Shown: positions 1 through 9,093 of the stretch, in pieces
How positions within the stretch are numbered: the stretch's first letter is position 1
Layout: each line of letters opens with the position of its first letter
Source of the DNA: Candidatus Uhrbacteria bacterium
GTDB taxonomy: Bacteria > Patescibacteriota > Patescibacteriia > GWA2-47-26
NCBI GenBank assembly: GCA_016187515.1
Contig: JACPJN010000005.1
Span: forward strand, 1 to 56,390
Length of the DNA: 56,390 nt
Reading direction: 5' to 3'
Notes under the pieces: model-generated
What the model saw: the letters and a program-made list of their open reading frames with translations, nothing else
Databases searched by the model: none
Told to the model about the DNA's origin: nothing
Position numbers and translations under genes: made by a program

Positions 1-140
1 TGCGGACCCTTCTATGAAAATAACGATCGGCGATCTCCTTTCTTTGAATGGGGGTGAGCCGTGTAGATTTATGAATTGTCATAGTGTTCCCACTTTATCC
101 CAAGAATGGTAAAGTGTGAACAACGCGGCGATTTCTTACA
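1..140 (-). mobile_element. Left end of an IS481-family-like insertion sequence, running off the window; transposase start at 82
   Basis: The minus strand reads TGTAAGAAATCGCCGCGTTGTTCACACT... from 140 (TGT terminus). An ORF from 82 reads MTIHKSTRLTPIQRKEIADRYF, resembling the MxxHxNxRLTP N-terminus of IS481 transposases. Only 27 codons are visible. Confidence 0.65.
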
Positions 141-1215
141 CTTTAACATACTGCGCAAACGTAATCCGTGGCTCACAATCGCGGTAGCCGGCCACCAGCC
201 AAGTCAGCGTGAGGTTATGCGTACGCAGAGCAAGGCCAGCGGCGCGCAGAACTGACGGATCGGCGGAGTAGCGCAGCAGCGTTTCCAAGCCGCCGGGATT
301 TGCCACAACGTCGGCGATTGATCGCGCCACTTCGCAAGTAGCGCGCAAATCAAATGGCGGTTTGTGCCTCGCGCGCCATTCCAGCATATCTCGGACAGTG
401 TCCAGCGGAACCGCCTGCGCGCTAAGCCACGGGGCATTGCGCGCAAGTTCACGGACTATTTCCGCCGATACTTGCCCTGATGCGATGCGTAGCGCCAGCT
501 CCAGCAAACAGTGCGCGCAGGAAAAATACTTTGTCAGGGCGGTAATTTCTCCATGCCGGAGTTCGCACAAACGCAGCATTGCCGCGGCCGGTAGCGCGCT
601 AGGCAGAGCGCTTGCGAAATTCCACAGTCGTTCAGTTAGATCCGTATTCGCAAGCGCGATAGGTAATTCCTGGTCGTGTATATGCCCGGCTGGATGTTCA
701 ATCGCCATCCGGACCGCGAGTTGAACGGTTCGCGCGTCGGCGCGCAGAACTTGCGCAAAGCGGATTCCGTCAGATTCCTTTTCAAAGGCAATCTTCAGCG
801 CCGTAATGCCGATTTGCAGAGCTAAAAGACGCTCTGGTTCGGGAAAATGCGCGCGAATTGCCTGGTGCAGAGCCGTAAGATGAGCCAGCACATCGCGCAA
901 GTCCAACCCGACGCCTTCGGCATCAATTAAGAGATCAACCGGAATGACATGCGCGACGCGGCCCGCCGGGGTGTGTACCTTAATGCGTTCAAGATCATCC
1001 CAGATTTTCAGCAGAGTTTCTCCCCGAGGCGCGCCTTTCGCCGCCCGTCGTGTGATTTCACGCATTAAGTAATCCACGAGCGCATCCCGCACGTCTTCTC
1101 CGTCAAAAGCGTATGCGGCGGTAACTCCCTCCAGCAGGAGACCGCGAAATTCATCCGCTGAAAGATCAGCAGCCATCCTTGCGGCGTCCCGAAACAATTT
1201 CTTTTGAACTCTCAT
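136..1215 (-). CDS. Hypothetical helical protein (359 aa); its stop codon lies inside the putative IS end
   Basis: Long ORF with an upstream sigma70 promoter; no recognisable motif. Confidence 0.7.
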   Translation of the reverse strand: MRVQKKLFRDAARMAADLSADEFRGLLLEGVTAAYAFDGEDVRDALVDYLMREITRRAAKGAPRGETLLKIWDDLERIKVHTPAGRVAHVIPVDLLIDAEGVGLDLRDVLAHLTALHQAIRAHFPEPERLLALQIGITALKIAFEKESDGIRFAQVLRADARTVQLAVRMAIEHPAGHIHDQELPIALANTDLTERLWNFASALPSALPAAAMLRLCELRHGEITALTKYFSCAHCLLELALRIASGQVSAEIVRELARNAPWLSAQAVPLDTVRDMLEWRARHKPPFDLRATCEVARSIADVVANPGGLETLLRYSADPSVLRAAGLALRTHNLTLTWLVAGYRDCEPRITFAQYVKV

Positions 1216-1289
1216 GAGTGGATCCTTTCAAAGAGCGCTTCAGCGGGCGATTGCCCCGTTGGGTTTCCGGAAACGGTTTACCCGATTTA

Positions 1290-1318
1290 AGCATAGCAAT
1301 TGCCGGTTAGGGTGTCAA
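1290..1318 (-). promoter_or_regulatory. Sigma70-type promoter for 136..1215
   Basis: TTGACA-17 nt-TATGCT with extended TG, followed by GCTCTTTGAAA at 1236..1226. Confidence 0.65.
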
Positions 1319-1403
1319 GATAAGCCCCGGCGCTTTTCAATTCGGAACCTTGCCACTATGCCGATTCTTGTTATAATCGCGGGTTGATCTGGACAGGACC
1401 TCA

Positions 1404-1439
1404 AGGATCTATAATAAGCGATCGCTTATTATAGATCCT
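1404..1439. repeat. Perfect 36-bp palindrome
   Basis: AGGATCTATAATAAGCGA|TCGCTTATTATAGATCCT. Confidence 0.95.
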
Positions 1440-1532
1440 ACCCAACGGTGTCTAGATGAGTATTGATGGGGGGGATGGCGGGCTTGACGGCCGCGCTGTG
1501 GTTGGGTAGGATGGGAGTAGGAGGTGTTCCCC

Positions 1533-1736
1533 ATGAGTCAAACAAATTGGGTTCTCCCGTTCATCATCCTGTTTCTCCTGATGGCACTGTTGCTTGCATG
1601 GCGAACCTGGGTAGTGAAGGTCCTTTGGGCACAGCCGCAAAAGAGATCAGCGCGAATTCTTCTCGCCGTGTCCTTTGTTCTCCTATTGGCATGCGCAATA
1701 GGAGCCCCGCTACTCGGTGAAATCATGAGGCGATAG
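1533..1736 (+). CDS. Small two-TM membrane protein
   Basis: AGGAGGTG SD before the ATG at 1533, two hydrophobic segments, and promoter TTGCCA-16-TATAAT at 1350..1377. Confidence 0.65.
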   Translation: MSQTNWVLPFIILFLLMALLLAWRTWVVKVLWAQPQKRSARILLAVSFVLLLACAIGAPLLGEIMRR

Positions 1737-1877
1737 TGAGGCATGCGCTTCAGCATCCGGTTCTTTCCCGCCTTGGTTCCCCTTCGGGGCCCGGGCTTTT
1801 TTTCTTTTTACATTATGGGTTTTTAAATTCTCCCGCACGATTGGTATCCTTGTTCTATTTCTGATACAATAATAATT

Positions 1878-1945
1878 GTCATTCCCGTGGAAACGGGAAT
1901 CCACGATTGGTCGATTGTGGATACCCGATCGCGGTCGGGGATGAC
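1878..1945. repeat. GTCAT...ATGAC bipartite palindromic element (intergenic)
   Basis: GTCATTCCCGTGGAAACGGGAATCCA...TGGATACCCGATCGCGGTCGGGGATGAC; related copies at 2250, 9353 and 19595. Confidence 0.8.
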
Positions 1946-1964
1946 CGTAAGTACATACATTACT

Positions 1965-3347
1965 ATGCAAAAGAATATCGTCATTCTTGGCGCGGGGTTT
2001 GGAGGGGTGCGGTGCGCGCTGGACCTGGCAGGGAAGGTGCCGCACGATTGGAAGGTAATCCTTGTTGATCGCAATGCGTACCATTTGTACTATCCGAGGT
2101 TGTACGAGGAAGTGATACCTCACGTATCACGTAACACGTATCACGTAACACGAAAATGCGCAGTTGACGTGAACGAGATTTTGAAAGGGACCAGGGTGGA
2201 GTTTGCGCAAGGGGAGGTGCAGGGGATTGATTGCAAAACCAAAACCGTTGTCATTTCGACCAAGCGACTCGATGGAGCGCGTGGAGAAATCTCTACCGCG
2301 AGAAATACGTATGGTAAAGAGATCTCTCGACTTCGGCCTCCGGCCTCCGCTCGAGATGACGAAAATTTTTCTTTAGCTTATGACTATCTGGTGCTTGCTT
2401 TTGGAGCGGATGCGGATTATTTTGGGATTCCGGGACTTAAGGAATATGCCTGTACGCTTAAGAGTTTGGAGGATGCGGAGATGATTCGGGAGCGGGTGGG
2501 GGAGTTTCTTAGGGTTCATAACCCACCCCGACCCCCTTCTACCCCCAGGGAGAGAGAGACGCCTTTTTCAATCGTGATCGGGGGGGCGGGAGCAACTGGA
2601 GTAGAAGTCGCGGCCGAACTGGCGTATTTATTTCGCAAGATTCCGCAAGAGCGGTGGTCAATTACGCTGGTGGAGGCGCTAAGCCACGTGCTGTGGATGT
2701 TTCCGCCAGCAGTGGGCCGGTATGCGCATAAGCGGCTCGAGGAGTTGGGAGTGAAGCTCATGCTGGATACATGTATTAAGGAGGTACTGGGTGGAGAGCG
2801 TGGAGTTGAAGTAGTCCTTGCCCCGCGGCCGCTGAAACCCGGAGAAAAGGAAAGCGAACTGGCGTGTGATTTTTTGCCGGAGCATGAAAAACGCGTGGCC
2901 GCTGACATTTTGCTTTGGGCCGGCGGTGTGCGTGCCAACACTTTAATTGCGCAGTGCGGGATTCCGACTGATCGCAAGGGACGGGTAGAAGTGGATGAAC
3001 ACTTAGTGGTGAAGGGAATGGAGGGTGTGTTTGCAATTGGCGACAACGCGGCGCTTACGGATCCGACTTCAAAGCAGCCGGTTCCGGCAATTGCCCAGGC
3101 CGCGCTTCTTGAAGGCAAGATCGCGGCGGAAAACATCGCGCGCGCAATCCGCGGACAACCGCTGGCGCTCTACCCTTTCCCACAATTTCCCGCCATTGTG
3201 CCGCTGGGCAGACGCGATGGGGTGGCCTTGCTGGGCAACCGCGTGCTGTGCGGATTGCCCGCATGGTTACTTCGCCAAATGGCGGATGGCCGATATTTTG
3301 CGAGCATTGTGGGATGGCGGAAGGCGTTGAAAAGGTGTATACTGTGA
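1965..3347 (+). CDS. ndh: Type II NADH dehydrogenase-like FAD/NAD(P) oxidoreductase with three in-frame repeat inserts
   Basis: IVILGAGFGG, YDYLVLAFG, GAGATGVEVAAEL, VFAIGD and AQAA motifs. The start is moved to ATG 1965 because the upstream extension is repeat-derived. Confidence 0.85.
   Translation: MQKNIVILGAGFGGVRCALDLAGKVPHDWKVILVDRNAYHLYYPRLYEEVIPHVSRNTYHVTRKCAVDVNEILKGTRVEFAQGEVQGIDCKTKTVVISTKRLDGARGEISTARNTYGKEISRLRPPASARDDENFSLAYDYLVLAFGADADYFGIPGLKEYACTLKSLEDAEMIRERVGEFLRVHNPPRPPSTPRERETPFSIVIGGAGATGVEVAAELAYLFRKIPQERWSITLVEALSHVLWMFPPAVGRYAHKRLEELGVKLMLDTCIKEVLGGERGVEVVLAPRPLKPGEKESELACDFLPEHEKRVAADILLWAGGVRANTLIAQCGIPTDRKGRVEVDEHLVVKGMEGVFAIGDNAALTDPTSKQPVPAIAQAALLEGKIAAENIARAIRGQPLALYPFPQFPAIVPLGRRDGVALLGNRVLCGLPAWLLRQMADGRYFASIVGWRKALKRCIL
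2250..2360. repeat. GTCAT...ATGAC palindromic element in frame within ndh (111 bp)
   Basis: GTCATTTCGAC...GAGAAATCTCT...AGAGATCTCTC...TCGAGATGAC; encodes VISTKRLDGARGEIS...RPPASARDD. Confidence 0.85.
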
Positions 3348-3351
3348 CCAT

Positions 3352-4626
3352 ATGAAATCAGCGCGGGAGCTAAAAAATATCCGCGGCAAGCGCGTACTGG
3401 TACGGGTTGATTTTAACGTGCCGTTGGCGAAGTCGTCAGTTCACAGTTCACAGTTCACAGTAGAGGACGATACGCGGATCAATGCTGCAATTCCTACGAT
3501 TGAATTTTTGCTCAAAAAGGGGGCGAAGGTGGTGTTGATGAGCCATTTTGGAAGGCCAGGAAAAATTAAAAATGTAAAATTGAAAATGAAAAATGATTTG
3601 GAACCAATTGTGGATCGGCTTAGTGAGTTGTTGAAGAAGAAAGCGGGCGGGGTGGAGAAATGGGATTTTACGCTCATTTACGAGCGAATAAAAAAAATGA
3701 AAGCCGGAGGGATTTTAATGCTTCCGAATTTGCGTTTGCATCCCGGGGAGGAAAAAAATAGCGCGGCATTTGCGCGCGATCTGGCCGGGCTGGGGCAAAT
3801 TTACGTGAACGAAGCATTTTCCGTATGCCACCGTAAGCATGCTTCCGTGGTTGGCGTGCCGAAATTTTTGCCATCCTATGCCGGACTGCAGTTGATGAAA
3901 GAAGTGGAAGTGCTTAGTCGTGTACTCCATAAACCAGAAAAGCCGCTCCTGGCGCTTATGGGTGGCGGAAAAATTGCCGATAAAATCGCACTAATGCGTG
4001 CGATGGTAAAACGCGCAAACGCAGTGCTCGTAGGCGGTGCGTTAGCTACGCATTTTTTCAAAGCCATGGGCTATGGAGTAGGCGACTCGCGCATTGAGGC
4101 CGAGGGGGTGCAGCTGGCCAAGAAGTTAGTGGGGAACCACCGCCATGGCGGGGCAAGTAAAAAAATTGTGCTTCCGCGTGATGTGGTGGTGGGAAGGGAT
4201 GATGGGGAAGGGGCGAGGGTGGTGGAGGTTCTGGCCAAGAGCCAAGAGCAAAGAGCAAAGAGCTCTACGCCCTACGCTCTATGCTCTAAGCCAGATGCCG
4301 TTTTAGACATTGGGCCGCAGACCATTTTGGAATATGCCAAACATATTAAAGGCGCGCGCACGCTGATCTGGAACGGGCCAATGGGGCTTTATGAGATAAA
4401 GCGATATTCGCATGGCACCCTTGCGCTTGGTCGGCTGTTTGCCGCGCGCTCGCGTGGGCGCGCATTTGGCGTGGCCGGAGGAGGGGAGACGATTGATGCG
4501 CTCAATCAAACCGGTATGCTGGAATATGTGGACTTTGTTTCCACCGGCGGAGGCGCGATGCTGGAGTTTTTAGGAGGCCGGAAATTACCGGGGATTGAAG
4601 CCCTGCATAACACTGAAAAACACTGA
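3352..4626 (+). CDS. pgk: Phosphoglycerate kinase
   Basis: RVLVRVDFNVP, SHFGRP, IWNGPMG and VSTGGGA motifs. Confidence 0.97.
   Translation: MKSARELKNIRGKRVLVRVDFNVPLAKSSVHSSQFTVEDDTRINAAIPTIEFLLKKGAKVVLMSHFGRPGKIKNVKLKMKNDLEPIVDRLSELLKKKAGGVEKWDFTLIYERIKKMKAGGILMLPNLRLHPGEEKNSAAFARDLAGLGQIYVNEAFSVCHRKHASVVGVPKFLPSYAGLQLMKEVEVLSRVLHKPEKPLLALMGGGKIADKIALMRAMVKRANAVLVGGALATHFFKAMGYGVGDSRIEAEGVQLAKKLVGNHRHGGASKKIVLPRDVVVGRDDGEGARVVEVLAKSQEQRAKSSTPYALCSKPDAVLDIGPQTILEYAKHIKGARTLIWNGPMGLYEIKRYSHGTLALGRLFAARSRGRAFGVAGGGETIDALNQTGMLEYVDFVSTGGGAMLEFLGGRKLPGIEALHNTEKH
4234..4290. repeat. Bipartite heptamer repeat in frame in pgk
   Basis: (AAGAGCA/C)n followed by complementary (GCTCTAC/T)n; encodes AKSQEQRAKSSTPYALCSK. 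A sibling lies in eno at 6657..6726. Confidence 0.9.
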
Positions 4627-4628
4627 AT

Positions 4629-4886
4629 ATGAACGGAAAAGACACAGAAAATAAAAAATCACTCAAAATTGAAATCGTGGAGAAACTTTCCACGCTGATG
4701 GCCGCCGGATTTGGATTGGTGGCCGCGTTGGCCTGGAACGACGCGATACAGTCGTTGTTTACAACAATCTTTCCCACTGCCTCAAATGTCGTGGCAAAAT
4801 TTGTGTACGCCGGGCTCATTACCGTGCTGGTGGTACTGGTTACCACTCGTCTGGCCCGCCTTGCGGATAGATTAAAAAAAGAATGA
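4629..4886 (+). CDS. Small two-TM protein, DUF5654-like
   Basis: AGFGLVAALAWNDAI motif. Confidence 0.75.
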   Translation: MNGKDTENKKSLKIEIVEKLSTLMAAGFGLVAALAWNDAIQSLFTTIFPTASNVVAKFVYAGLITVLVVLVTTRLARLADRLKKE

Positions 4887-5026
4887 GAGGTCAGCGAGGT
4901 ACCAGGCGGATCGGTTAGTTGCCGGGGTTTGTCAAGTGTGGTATGATAGGCGTATATAGGATTGCTCGAAAATATGACTCAAAGTGTCAATACTATACGC
5001 AATACAATATTGCAATAACAATAAAT

Positions 5027-5224
5027 ATGACTCAAACAGCACAGATTACTACCACTGAAAGAGAAATTATTATTCGCATTCCTCGTACTGTAGTTGAAAA
5101 GCAAGCAAAGAAAATAGTGAGTATCAGTCATTTACGCGGTTTAATGAAACGATCCCGATACGCGAAAGCGGGATCAGTTGCCGCACAACACGCTGCATGG
5201 AGGAAAGAAAATAATCAACAATAA
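5027..5224 (+). CDS. Small hypothetical protein, possibly an orphan antitoxin
   Basis: 65-aa ORF from ATG 5027, directly upstream of hicBA. Confidence 0.45.
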   Translation: MTQTAQITTTEREIIIRIPRTVVEKQAKKIVSISHLRGLMKRSRYAKAGSVAAQHAAWRKENNQQ

Positions 5225-5256
5225 CGTGGGCGTGGGAAGTAACTAATTTTCTTTAT

Positions 5257-5499
5257 ATGCAGATCAGTAACATCCTTACGTACACGGTTTTATTCGAACA
5301 GGCCGAGGAGGGTGGTTATGTGGCATATGCGCCGCTTCTTCCGGGTTGTCATTCGCAGGGTGAAACGCTTGAAGAAGTAGAAGTTAACATTCAAGAGGCA
5401 ATTGAGGCATATCTTGAATCCTTGCGAGCACATGGTGAAGAAGTGCCTGTGGAGCGTAAAATATTTCATGGCAGTGTGACGGTCCCTGTCGCGGTATAG
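5257..5499 (+). CDS. hicB: HicB-family antitoxin (short form)
   Basis: EEGGYVAYAPLLPGCHSQGETLEE...IQEAIEAYLE. Confidence 0.92.
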   Translation: MQISNILTYTVLFEQAEEGGYVAYAPLLPGCHSQGETLEEVEVNIQEAIEAYLESLRAHGEEVPVERKIFHGSVTVPVAV

Positions 5500-5505
5500 G
5501 AAGCT

Positions 5506-5733
5506 ATGCCCAAAGTTCCACCGCTTCAAGCAAAAGAGGTAGTCCGCGCTCTGAAGCGTCTTGGTTTTATTGAGGATCGACAAAAGGGAAGTCATCTGGT
5601 GATGTGGAATCCAAAGACAGGCGCTCGGACAGTGGTGCCGATGCATTTTGGAAAAACGCTCAAACGAGGACTTCTTTTTGGTATTATTAAAGACGCGCAG
5701 GTAAGCACAGAGGAATTTACCAAAGCATTATGA
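5506..5733 (+). CDS. hicA: HicA-family mRNA interferase toxin
   Basis: LKRLGF..RQKGSH..VVPMH..LKRG.L..I; the catalytic GSH His is present. Confidence 0.92.
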   Translation: MPKVPPLQAKEVVRALKRLGFIEDRQKGSHLVMWNPKTGARTVVPMHFGKTLKRGLLFGIIKDAQVSTEEFTKAL

Positions 5734-7049
5734 AAATCAAAAAAATTTTTGCCCAAGAGATTTTGGATAGCCGGGGAAATCCGACGGTCAAGGTGCGCGT
5801 TATGCTGCGAAATGGCGCGATGGGGGATGCGGCCGTGCCGTCGGGCGCCTCCACCGGCACGCATGAGGCGGCGGAGCTTCGTGATCACGACAAAAAGCGC
5901 TATGGCGGCAAGGGCGTGCTTAAGGCCGTGAAAAATGTAAATACGGTAATCGCAAAAAAGGTGCGCGGCATGAGCGTGGCGAATCTTCGCGCGATTGACG
6001 CAGCCATGATAAAGCTGGATGGCACAAAAAATAAACGCAAGCTCGGCGCCAATGCGATTCTGGGCGTGTCCCTGGCCTGCGCGCATGCTGGCGCCCGCGC
6101 CTCCGGTATGCCCCTTTATAAATGGCTCCGCAAAACTTACTCACTTACTCACTTACTCACTTACTCACTTCCCATCCCCACCATGAACGTCCTCAATGGC
6201 GGGGCGCATGCGGATTGGACTATTGATTTTCAAGAATGCATGATTGTGCCGCAACACCAACTGTTCCGCGAGCGAGTACGGATTGGGTCCGAAGTGTTTC
6301 ACGCCTTGCGCGCAATTTTAAAAGAAAAAGGATTTTCCGTGGGGGTCGGGGATGAAGGCGGATTTGCGCCGCGCCTGAAGCGAAACGCGGATGCCCTGGC
6401 CATGATCGCGCTGGCGGTAAAAAAATCCGGCTATCGTCTTGGCAAAGATGTTTGCTTTGCGATGGATCCGGCGGCATCAGAGTTTTATGATCCTAAGACA
6501 AAAAAATACACCTTGCGCACGGATGGGAAGGCGCTGGATGCGAAGGGCATGATTGCGATGTGGGCGGCGCTCACGAAAAAGTATCCGTTTGTTTCGCTGG
6601 AAGATGGACTGGCCGAGGATGATTGGGAAGGATGGGTTGAGTTGATGCGTACCCTGGCAAAGAGCCAAGAGCAAAGAGCAAAGAGCAAGCATCCGAACTC
6701 TACGCTCTATGCCCTACGCTCTATGCCGTTCATCATTGGGGATGATTTGTTTACCACTAATGTCGCGCGACTAAAGAAAGGGATCGCGCTTAGCGCGGCA
6801 AATGCGATTTTGATTAAAGTAAATCAAATTGGCACGCTTTCCGAAACAATTGATACGATTTTACTTGCGCAAAAACATGGCTATGCGATTTCAGTGTCGC
6901 ATCGTTCGGGCGAGACGGCCGACACGACGATTGCCGATCTTGCGGTGGCAGTGAACGCGGAGTTTATTAAAGCCGGAGCGCCTTCGCGAGGCGAACGTAT
7001 TGCAAAATACAATCGCCTTATGGAAATTGAACAAGAGCTCGCTCATTAA
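5730..7049 (+). CDS. eno: Enolase
   Basis: EILDSRGNPT, VPSGASTG, VGDEGGF, LIKVNQIG and SHRSGET motifs. Confidence 0.98.
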   Translation: MKIKKIFAQEILDSRGNPTVKVRVMLRNGAMGDAAVPSGASTGTHEAAELRDHDKKRYGGKGVLKAVKNVNTVIAKKVRGMSVANLRAIDAAMIKLDGTKNKRKLGANAILGVSLACAHAGARASGMPLYKWLRKTYSLTHLLTYSLPIPTMNVLNGGAHADWTIDFQECMIVPQHQLFRERVRIGSEVFHALRAILKEKGFSVGVGDEGGFAPRLKRNADALAMIALAVKKSGYRLGKDVCFAMDPAASEFYDPKTKKYTLRTDGKALDAKGMIAMWAALTKKYPFVSLEDGLAEDDWEGWVELMRTLAKSQEQRAKSKHPNSTLYALRSMPFIIGDDLFTTNVARLKKGIALSAANAILIKVNQIGTLSETIDTILLAQKHGYAISVSHRSGETADTTIADLAVAVNAEFIKAGAPSRGERIAKYNRLMEIEQELAH

Positions 7050-7064
7050 GAAGGAGGATAACGC

Positions 7065-7325
7065 ATGGCCTGTCCATGGTGCAAACAAGCTAACTGTGAC
7101 GGCCCGGAACGTGCCGGACCGTATTGCTGTGAATATGCCAAAGCATGCCGTAGGCGTCCTAGTCCGCCCCATCCGGACGTCGTGTTTCAGATGATCAGAG
7201 GCCGCGTGAGACCCCCGGCACTGGTGCGGATGAGGAAGGGGATATCCGTGCGCGGAGCCGCGTCTTCGCGAAAGAGGGCCGCGGATCAAAATCGTGGAGG
7301 ACCGCGTTCCAAACGCCCCGTTTAA
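7065..7325 (+). CDS. Small Cys-rich basic hypothetical protein
   Basis: AAGGAGG SD; CxxC...C...CC...C N-terminus; downstream hairpin plus T-tract at about 7348-7376. Confidence 0.5.
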   Translation: MACPWCKQANCDGPERAGPYCCEYAKACRRRPSPPHPDVVFQMIRGRVRPPALVRMRKGISVRGAASSRKRAADQNRGGPRSKRPV

Positions 7326-7404
7326 GGTCAGCTGCGCTTACGGCAGATTACCTTTTGCGGGGTACCTTCTTTTTTGGCACGCTTTCTGTTATACTATCTC
7401 AAAT

Positions 7405-9003
7405 ATGTCCACACGGCTAAAACCAGTGGTACTCATGATCCTTGACGGATTTGGCATAGCGCCGCCGGGAAACGGCAATGCCATCACGCGCGCCAAGCTG
7501 CCGGTCTATAATCGGTTGATTAGAACGTATCCGGCAGTTACGTTGCGGGCTTCCGGCGATGAAGTCGGCCTTTCTTGGGGAGAGATGGGCAATTCGGAAG
7601 TGGGGCACTTAACCATCGGCGCGGGACGGGTGTTTTATCAGACCCTGCCGCGGATTAATAAATCAATTGAGTCCGGAGATTTTTTCAAAAACGAGGCCTT
7701 TGGGAGAGCAATCCGGCAGGTGAAAAAAGAGGGCGCGACCCTGCACCTTATTGGGCTGGTTTCTCCCGGAGGCGTGCATAGCCATCAGGATCATCTTTAT
7801 AAATTGCTGGAGCTGGCCAAGAAAGAAAAAGTTAAAAATGTCGCGGTGCACGCGATTCTGGACGGACGCGATACGATCCGCGATACCGGAGCGCAATTTA
7901 TCGAAGCCCTGCGGAAAAAGATGAAAGAATTTAAAATTGGAGTGATTGCCTCGATCTCCGGCCGGTATTTTGCCATGGATCGCGACAATCGCTGGGATCG
8001 CACGGGCAAAGCGTATCGGGCGATGGTCGGGAACGGGGAGCGGGGAACGGGGAACGTAGCAACGGCGGAAGATCCCAAAAAAGCGATAGAGCAATCGTAT
8101 AAGGAAAAAGTTTATGATGAGGAATTTGTGCCGACCGTGATTGTGGAAAAAGATAAACCAGTTGCGCCGATTTCCGGAAGCGACGCGGTGATCTTTTTTA
8201 ATTTTCGCGAAGATCGGATGCGGCAGCTGGTTAAGGCCTTCGCGCTTCCCACTTTTGATAAATTCGATCGCGGAGCTTTTCCTAAAGATGCGCTTTTCGT
8301 CACGGTAACCGAATACGAAAAGGATTTGCCGGTTATTGTGGCGTTTCCGCCCGAGATTATTACGACCTGCCTTGCCAAATTGATTAGCGACGCGAAACTC
8401 AAGCAGTTTCATATTGCCGAGACGGAAAAGTACGCGCATGTCACTTTTTTCTTCAATGGCATGACCGAAGCGGCGTTTTCGGGAGAGGATCGCGAGATTA
8501 TTCCCTCGCCAAAGGTGGCCGCTTATGATAAAAAACCGGAGATGTCCGCTAAAGCCGTCGCGGACCGAGTGATCAAAGAGATTCAAAGCGGCAAGCCCGA
8601 TTTTATCGCGCTTAATTTTGCCAATCCGGATATGGTCGCGCATACCGGAGATCTTAAGGCGACGATCGCGGGATTGGAAGCCGTGGACGCGGAAGTGGGC
8701 CGGATTGTTGAGGCGACGCTCGCGAAAGGGGGGATGGCCTTGCTTACCGCCGATCACGGTAACGCGGAAGAGCTCGTTAATTTGCAAACCGGCAAAATGG
8801 ATAAAGAACATTCGACGAATCCGGTACCTTGCGTAGTTATCGGCGCTGCTTACGAGGGCCAAGGCGGGCCGCAAATCGAGGCGGTCGGAGGCGATCTGTC
8901 GCTGCTCCAGCCGGTGGGCACGCTCTCGGACGTGGCGCCCACCGTGCTTAAACTGATGGGACTCAAAAAACCGAGGGAAATGACGGGAGTGCCGCTTGTT
9001 TGA
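7405..9003 (+). CDS. gpmI: 2,3-BPG-independent phosphoglycerate mutase
   Basis: LMILDGFG, MGNSEVGH, AETEKYAHVTFF and TADHGNAE motifs. Confidence 0.98.
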   Translation: MSTRLKPVVLMILDGFGIAPPGNGNAITRAKLPVYNRLIRTYPAVTLRASGDEVGLSWGEMGNSEVGHLTIGAGRVFYQTLPRINKSIESGDFFKNEAFGRAIRQVKKEGATLHLIGLVSPGGVHSHQDHLYKLLELAKKEKVKNVAVHAILDGRDTIRDTGAQFIEALRKKMKEFKIGVIASISGRYFAMDRDNRWDRTGKAYRAMVGNGERGTGNVATAEDPKKAIEQSYKEKVYDEEFVPTVIVEKDKPVAPISGSDAVIFFNFREDRMRQLVKAFALPTFDKFDRGAFPKDALFVTVTEYEKDLPVIVAFPPEIITTCLAKLISDAKLKQFHIAETEKYAHVTFFFNGMTEAAFSGEDREIIPSPKVAAYDKKPEMSAKAVADRVIKEIQSGKPDFIALNFANPDMVAHTGDLKATIAGLEAVDAEVGRIVEATLAKGGMALLTADHGNAEELVNLQTGKMDKEHSTNPVPCVVIGAAYEGQGGPQIEAVGGDLSLLQPVGTLSDVAPTVLKLMGLKKPREMTGVPLV

Positions 9004-9085
9004 GTGAAGTAAATCAGGTGAATCAAGTAAATTAAGTAAATCAAGCCCGTGATTTACCTGTCTTGCCTGATTTACTTGATTTACC
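9004..9085. repeat. Bipartite inverted 9-mer tandem repeat
   Basis: (GTAAATCAA/G)n followed by (TGATTTACY)n, between gpmI and mutM. Confidence 0.9.
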
Positions 9086-9093
9086 CAAAACCC

